Of a stretch of DNA of 32,000 bases, positions 30,962-32,000 are shown in pieces; positions within the stretch are counted from its first letter, which is position 1, and the number at the start of each line of letters is the position of its first letter. The notes under the pieces were generated by a model, which was not told where the DNA came from, did not search any database, and was given only the letters and a program-made list of their open reading frames with translations. The position numbers and the translations under genes were made by a program. The stretch is from Anaerolinea thermophila UNI-1 (lineage in GTDB: Bacteria; Chloroflexota; Anaerolineae; Anaerolineales; Anaerolineaceae), in NCBI RefSeq assembly GCF_000199675.1, contig NC_014960.1, positions 3,340,561 to 3,372,560 of the forward strand. The letters are read 5' to 3'.

Positions 30962-32000
30962 CACAAGGGCAAAATCCTTTCGAGAAAAATTTGCCAGTTT
31001 CCCCCGAAAATTGCAGCAAGATCAGATTCATTATACCCGGCTTCTGCCAGGATATCCGCCAGTTTGGGCAGGTCGGCAATGGTATCCACCTCGGCGGGGA
31101 TGCGTGCCCGCCCAAAGCCGCCGTCCAGGTCGGTGCCCAATGCCACATGGCGGGCGTCTCCGGCAATCTGGCAGATGTGATCCACGTGCGCGGCTACATG
31201 CTTCAGGGTGGTGCTCTCGCGCGGATCGCCGGCAGACCAACCCGGTCTCAGCCAGCGGCTGTTCAGGGCAATGCCGATGACGCCGTCGCGCTCGACGATG
31301 CGGCGAATTTGCAGGTCGCTGAGCAGGCGCTGGTTGTCGTCCTGGCGGGCAAGCGCACGGCAGGCAGTATGCGAAGCGCACAGGTTGCCCTCAAAGCGAT
31401 CCAGCGCCTGGAGAGAGGATTTTTCGTTCATGTGCGCCAGATCCAGTCCCATGCCCAAATCGGCAAGGATGTCCAGCAGTTCCCAGCCCTCGCGGGTGAA
31501 GGCTTCAGCATCGCGGTTGGAGCCGCAAAAGCGCCCACCTGCCCATACCGGCGCCACCAGACGCACCCCCTGTGCGGCGTACGCCTCGATTTCTCGGGGT
31601 TCGCGCAGTCCCTCGGCGCCTTCCATCATCACCACCAGCCCGATGGGCGGGTAGGCAGACGCGGGGTGTTCAGCCCGCTCTTCCCCGGTGGCAGGGGCAG
31701 AAGCAAAGGCTTGCCATGCCTTAATCACCTGTTGCAGGTCGCGGCGGCTGGTCACCTGTCGGAAGATTGCGGGGTGATCCTCGCACCAGCGGCGGTACAC
31801 ATCCAGTTGTGCCGTCCAGCGCTGGCGGGCTTCCTGCGGGGTGCGGTACACCTGCGTTTCCCACGCTTCCAGCACACCCGCACGCACCACGAACAAACTG
31901 GCAATCACCAGCGCGGTGTGCCCCTTTTGCAGTTCAGGCACTGCCACGGTGCACTCCCCGTTGTTGCGCTGAGGTGTCAGCGTGCCGCGCTCCATTTCGC
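30961..32000 (-). CDS. Membrane dipeptidase (peptidase family M19), 5' end outside the window
   Basis: HVAAHVDHICQIAGDARHVALGTDLDGGFG and ...AIFGGNWQIFLERILPL are typical of M19. The N-terminal HxD zinc motif is absent from the visible part and the frame stays open past 31995 to the window edge. The gene is therefore partial. Confidence 0.85.
   Translation of the reverse strand, partial: EMERGTLTPQRNNGECTVAVPELQKGHTALVIASLFVVRAGVLEAWETQVYRTPQEARQRWTAQLDVYRRWCEDHPAIFRQVTSRRDLQQVIKAWQAFASAPATGEERAEHPASAYPPIGLVVMMEGAEGLREPREIEAYAAQGVRLVAPVWAGGRFCGSNRDAEAFTREGWELLDILADLGMGLDLAHMNEKSSLQALDRFEGNLCASHTACRALARQDDNQRLLSDLQIRRIVERDGVIGIALNSRWLRPGWSAGDPRESTTLKHVAAHVDHICQIAGDARHVALGTDLDGGFGRARIPAEVDTIADLPKLADILAEAGYNESDLAAIFGGNWQIFLERILPL

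Overview
GC-rich bacterial chromosomal window. Gene content and the style of the intergenic repeats suggest a Chloroflexota (Anaerolineae-like) genome, but this is a low-confidence impression. I support about 30 protein-coding genes and saw no rRNA, tRNA, CRISPR array or intact mobile element. From 14.4 kb to the right edge every gene is on the minus strand. Left to right: two tandem L,D-transpeptidases; a GH4 glycosidase; a multi-pass membrane protein; a gmk-rhomboid-kbl operon; an FmdB zinc-ribbon protein; a membrane-tethered LuxR-HTH/Kelch regulator divergent from a HisKA_3 kinase/NarL-type regulator pair; a DoxX-like protein; an MFS transporter coupled to a histidine phosphatase; a bi-domain (MDR + Gfo/Idh/MocA) oxidoreductase; an aldo/keto reductase; a DUF4037-like protein coupled to an orphan 156-160-aa protein; a TM-PAS-GAF-GAF-HD-GYP sensor whose frame is broken inside a GAF domain; a TPR protein; polA; a 550-aa pseudo-receiver protein whose C-terminus is colinear with IS200/IS605 TnpA but lacks the HUH histidines; then a DUF2905 protein, a 101-aa orphan, a GNAT, a membrane protein and a partial M19 dipeptidase. 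The best candidates for something undescribed are (i) the pseudo-receiver/TnpA-like gene sitting 17 nt upstream of polA, and (ii) a dense, strictly intergenic family of palindromic REP-like units (core TTCGRCAGGCTC, at least 11 copies) plus a second heptad repeat class (CTTYGCG). Linking the two is inference only. All functional calls come from motif recognition by eye. No database search was run.
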